DNA of 64,000 nucleotides, filler included, from Globobulimina sp. (Eukaryota): NCBI GenBank assembly GCA_003354225.1. It is 17 parts of 17 records of this genome, joined end to end, with 100 filler letters (N's around TTAATTAATTAA, not from the genome) between each part and the next. Parts side by side here need not be neighbours in the genome. Positions count along the whole stretch, not along the records: positions 56,640 to 60,309 come from PIVH01002286.1; positions 60,410 to 64,000 come from PIVH01002447.1; 15 more parts are not named here. One strand, 5' to 3'. Shown piece by piece: positions 59,645 to 64,000 of this stretch (position 1 is its first letter; each line of letters starts with the position of its first letter). The notes under the pieces were generated by a model. It saw only the letters and a program-made list of their open reading frames with translations, ran no database searches and was not told where the DNA came from. The position numbers and the translations under genes were made by a program.

Positions 59645-60041
59645 ACCGTTGCAGATATAGATCCCAAATTGCAACTATGTATACAAATTAAATCCTGGAT
59701 TTGCAAATTGCAACTATGTATACATAGGTAGACCTAATGTATATGGCTGAATTTGAAACAAGTTTTTTAAATTGGTACACATTGCGATATCTGGATTACC
59801 GCTTCCAATTTATCCTATACACCCATAAGTGTACCATTGGCATAAGAAAGTATTGCTAAGTTTAGAAAAATAAGGAATAATTATTAGAAGGTATGTTTCT
59901 TATTAGAAGGTATGAATTTTATTCCATTCAAACAGGCAAATTTGAAACTTGTTTCAAATTCAGCGCATATACATTAGGTCTACCTATGTATACATAGTTG
60001 CAAACCCACGATTTAACGGATCTATATATGTCTGCACCGGT
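59645..60041. mobile_element. MITE with long terminal inverted repeats
   Basis: 58-bp arms at 59708-59765 and 59945-60003 differ by one indel. Outer arms are ACCGTTGCAGATATAGATCC and GGATCTATATATGTCTGCACCGGT. Confidence 0.85.
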
Positions 60042-60977
60042 CAGTCAGTTTTCAACATCAGTTATGGCCTTATGGGTTCTGAATTCAATTAAATCTGTTT
60101 TTGTTTTTTACAGAGTGTTTCTGCAATATACATTCAGAACAGTTTGTATCCAACTGGAAAATAGAGAAAAAAGCAAACAGTATTATCCAATAGAGTTTTC
60201 CTATTTGACCTTGATTTTGCTCATGATCAACTTTTTTTAATCATTTGTGAATTGTTAGAGAAAAAGCTTAAGTAAATGTTCGTCTCATCTTCTCGTCTCG
60301 ATTAGAAACNNNNNNNNNNNNNNNNNNNNNNNNNNNNNNNNNNNNNNNNNNNNTTAATTAATTAANNNNNNNNNNNNNNNNNNNNNNNNNNNNNNNNNNN
60401 NNNNNNNNNATTGTTTTGCACAATGATTTTGACGCAATACGTCGCCATTTTGATTCTCAATATTCTTGCCATTGGGAATTGTTTCAGCGTCTTAGTGATC
60501 CTGCAACAATTCTCCAGCAATTCTGTCACATTCGTTGTCAAATTGTGTGAATCGAAGTAATCTTCCATCTTTAAGCAACCATCGCCAATAACTGAGTGAT
60601 ACGATACGCAGCTTTCAATTCCAGATTCTGAATCTGAATCAGAATCAGAACAGATACCATTCCATGCCATCAATGATGTCATTATTATGATGAAATACCA
60701 ACACATGATTTGCACGTAAGCAGTTTTGAAAGGTGTGGATTTTCTGAATACTGTGCGCATTTGCGATAATGATTGGAGCTGTAGCTGATTTTCAGATTCA
60801 AGTTTGAGAATGTTCCCTCGGATTTGTATTACAATACAACAAAAAAAAAACATTGGAAAAAGATGCTGTCGGTGATGATGTTGATAAAAAATGCGAGAAT
60901 TAGTGTGGAATCGGACTTAGGTCTGATTGGATTGTCATACTACTTTAATATAAAGAATTTGTAATCTGTTGATTTAT

Positions 60978-61744
60978 TCATCTCTCATCTGGTCTCTTCA
61001 TGTCTTGATCAATCTTAAATTTATCGAAATTGTTTTGAGAAAATACATATACCACAACATTATCCGATGGCGCAGTAAAAATAGTTCCAAATCCGTTGAA
61101 TATCTCCATTGGGGCACATTTAATATATCCCAACTGATGTGCTTTAGGATAAACTCTCATTGCTCCGACCATATATGATAAGGGACCAAATAAAGAAAAA
61201 AACGGATAAAATCCCACTCTTATATCAGATCGAGGAAATACTCGAATGTATGCATTTTCGATTTGTAAATCTTTCAATATTTGCTTGAAATTAATGTTAA
61301 CATCATTCATTTTGTTCAATTTAACGAGATATCCAACAGCCGAACGTAGCTGTGATTCTTCAACTGTCTAAAATTGCAATTAGGAAATACAAAAACACAT
61401 ACATTGAAAACACGAGAATTAAGCAAAAACATAGAAACAGAAACACAGAAACAAAATAATCGAACTTTTGGATCATCAAAATACAAACCAGCGCCAATAA
61501 ATTGATTTATTGAAACTTTCAATTTGTGCGACAATAATTGTCTCGCATTACGGTGCTCCAATAAGTTGTCAAAAGAGGTAACAGTATTTCCCATTTTCAT
61601 AAAACTACCAACATGATACGTGTAAATAAATATAGATGGCCCAAACATAATATGAGCGAATTTGATTGGGCAGCACCACAAATAGATTCCAAAACAGATT
61701 AGAGACACAATAATTGATCCTGATATCAAATAAATAATGTTCAT
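60978..61744 (-). CDS. TEX264-like protein (N-terminal TM plus GyrI-like domain); intron 61368-61465
   Basis: Spliced HVGSF..GLYFDDPKTVEESQLRSAVG..FYPF..LSYMVGAMRVYP..PMEIF matches TEX264 motifs. Confidence 0.75.
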
Positions 61745-62033
61745 TGTCAGAATGAATGAGACAAAGTAGCAGTAAAAAACTGTTTAGTTAAGCTAACATG
61801 ACATTTAACGGGATATGAAATTGCACATTACTGAATCATGAGACAATCAAGATCAACATAACGAAGTTAATCAACACATAGATTGCTTATGTTTGCAAAC
61901 TTTGAGTCTAATACGTGATCATGAATGAGTCCACCAATCAACAAAAGCTTTCGTTTTTTTTAAACTAAAATGTTCATTTAAACTGCTTAAATACCATCGA
62001 TCTGAATCCCTTGCACAGACAGCTTAGTCACTG

Positions 62034-63168
62034 CTAGGAGTATTTCAGAATGAGACACAAATAGAGTTGATTCATTCCTTTATCCCAATGATGATCATTC
62101 ACACCATGCAAATCCATAGCTAACGGCACAAAACTACTCCATTTCAACACTCTTATTTTTTTCTTGCCATTGGATATTTCCGATTGTTTTTTGATGAATA
62201 AAAAATATCCAATCTGATTATATGTATTTATGAGATATTCGCGATGATACAGTTTCAATGTGGCCCAGTTTGGTATCATTGGGCAATCTCTCCAAATGAT
62301 TGATGTCCATTTCATCTCATTCTCGAGCTCATTCTCAATGTAATTGGAAATATCTAACAATTCCGTGCTGTAATTCAGATTTAATTGACCCGAATCCCAT
62401 AAACAAGAATGAAATATAACAATATTATTATTTGTTTGCTTGAGCTTGTTTCTTGATTTCAAAACTTGAACTGATGCATTTATTCGCTCTTTGTATGTTA
62501 TTGCTTCGTTCGGAGATGTTCTGCCTTTGATTCTAAACTGGCGCTGAGAGTTCTCTTTAATTTAGAGTCGATTCCAAAAGTAAATATGTTGCAAATTGTC
62601 ATATTTATTATATTTTCATGCTCCACATTACAGCACAATTGTTGTCCTGTTAACGTGATATTTGGTGACAAATCAATTGATTCTAACTCTATATGTTTAT
62701 ATATTGTGCGCTGTTTAAAAGCATCGCACATATAACGGATTGTGTTTCTTTCGTTGAATCACCAATTAATAATAAAAACGTTTTTTCTTTTAAGTGATTT
62801 TTATGATCTATGCATTCATGAAATGATTCAATATCTTTTGGAACCAATGCAGACAGCAAACGATTACCATTTATCTCCGAATAAGTAATATTATAAATTG
62901 ATTTAGTTTTATTTCCGACAGTGATATTCTCCACAACTTTTACACCGTGAATAAGCGTTGATGGATCAAGTAAAATTGAACCGCTTTCATTTTTGGTGTC
63001 ATTATTTATGTATTTTGCAAAATGTTTCATTATATGAGTTTCTTTATTAATGAACATGAGCACTGCATTCAGCACGATAACTAATACAATAATGATTAGA
63101 CAATTGTTACATTTGCTTTTTGTCTGACAGGTTGACATAATATTCATTATTATTATTAACAACAACAA
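62034..63168 (-). pseudogene. Type II membrane SGNH/GDS-type esterase or acyltransferase-like gene with two single-base frameshifts
   Basis: N-terminal TM, LLIGDST, FHSCLWD and D..H (NDHHW). Frames shift near 62750 and 62555. Confidence 0.6.
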
Positions 63169-63359
63169 ACTAAGTTTGACTCAATTTTATTTGAAAAAAA
63201 AACTCAAAAACTCAAGTAAGATGCAGTTATCATTTAATGATTGAATATCAATTTAAAATTATTCTCATAAATTATAAACATAAACAATCATTCAAAAACT
63301 AAAATAAGTTCTATAATAGAATATGAAATTACTTTTAAAATATAATATAGAATTAATGA

Positions 63360-63878
63360 CTATGATAAAAGATATTCTTTATCATCAACAGTGCCATACA
63401 CAGCAAATGACACATATGATGATTTAAATGTGTTTCTATTTGTTGGCTTAAAACTATCATCAGAGTTCATTCTCACACTTTCATCAAACTCAAAACTTGG
63501 TTTTATTATTGTTGTGCGCTTTAATAATGATGTTGTATCGCTTGCATTTTTTACATCATTCACAGTAATTAATCCATTCCTATTTGATGATTGATTTGAT
63601 ACAGCATTATATGATCTCGATCCCGCTCTGTTGATTACAATTCTTAAATATACAAAGTATGCTGCAAATGATAATACAATGCATAGAACCAATACAAGTA
63701 CGCCAATTGTGATATCCTCCAAAGTTGATAATTTTGTTTCAATGCGAATATGTGTAAGTTCTCCATTGGTCAATATTACTGACAATGCCGCAACAAATAA
63801 CCATAAAAATAAATTATGTGGATGACAGAATGTCAAAACAACGCACATTGCTAATAAATGTTCGATACGCAGTGCCAA
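63360..63878 (-). CDS. Small membrane protein
   Basis: Hydrophobic segments followed by a cytoplasmic tail. The true start is uncertain. Confidence 0.5.
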   Translation of the reverse strand: MALRIEHLLAMCVVLTFCHPHNLFLWLFVAALSVILTNGELTHIRIETKLSTLEDITIGVLVLVLCIVLSFAAYFVYLRIVINRAGSRSYNAVSNQSSNRNGLITVNDVKNASDTTSLLKRTTIIKPSFEFDESVRMNSDDSFKPTNRNTFKSSYVSFAVYGTVDDKEYLLS

Positions 63879-64000
63879 CTGTAACTGACGAGTCCCTTAC
63901 TAAAAACTTGCAAATAATGAACTCATCACCAGCTGCCGTTGCAACTGCGCGTAGATTTCAAAGAATCGTAACTGCCTTCAGTTTGGCGCCCGCACTCAGT

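Noticed and set aside
60410-60853. ORF at the start of the last contig, and the short coding-like tail at 56640-56840
   Set aside because: Both are partial with no recognisable family, so there is too little to call a product.

Overview
This window is not one contiguous locus. It is a pseudo-molecule of 17 unrelated, size-sorted contigs of about 3.67-3.68 kb, joined by 100-nt artificial spacers (N-run, TTAATTAATTAA six-frame stop, N-run), so gene neighbourhood only means something within a contig. The DNA is an AT-rich, gene-dense eukaryotic (protist) genome with short GT-AG introns of about 50-120 nt. The gene content and style suggest a foraminiferan or other rhizarian, which is an inference. 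Recognisable genes are IFT144/WDR19, a Rho-like GTPase, SEC63, ABHD17, a NIPA transporter, an XK-like protein, a CaMK-like kinase, a P450, a sulfotransferase, NAR1/CIAO3, SET, ankyrin and TPR proteins, a spastin-like AAA ATPase, an ABCB/ATM1-like NBD, an HGSNAT-like protein, PARG, a TEX264-like protein and several 7TM proteins. The most interesting signals are: (1) a Helitron ORF preceded by a ~370-nt GC-rich island that looks like a multi-domain structured RNA; (2) three members of an expanded ADP-ribosyltransferase-like family with C/H in place of the canonical Arg; (3) an intronless bacterial-type ATP-grasp ligase head-to-head with an atypical P450; (4) two in-frame TAA stops inside a 45-nt GT..AG segment of IFT144 that still aligns with conserved protein; (5) a (TAAG)n-tailed insertion with partial hammerhead motifs; (6) two fold-back MITEs and a bacterial methyltransferase fragment. 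All family calls come from motif recognition by eye, not from database searches.
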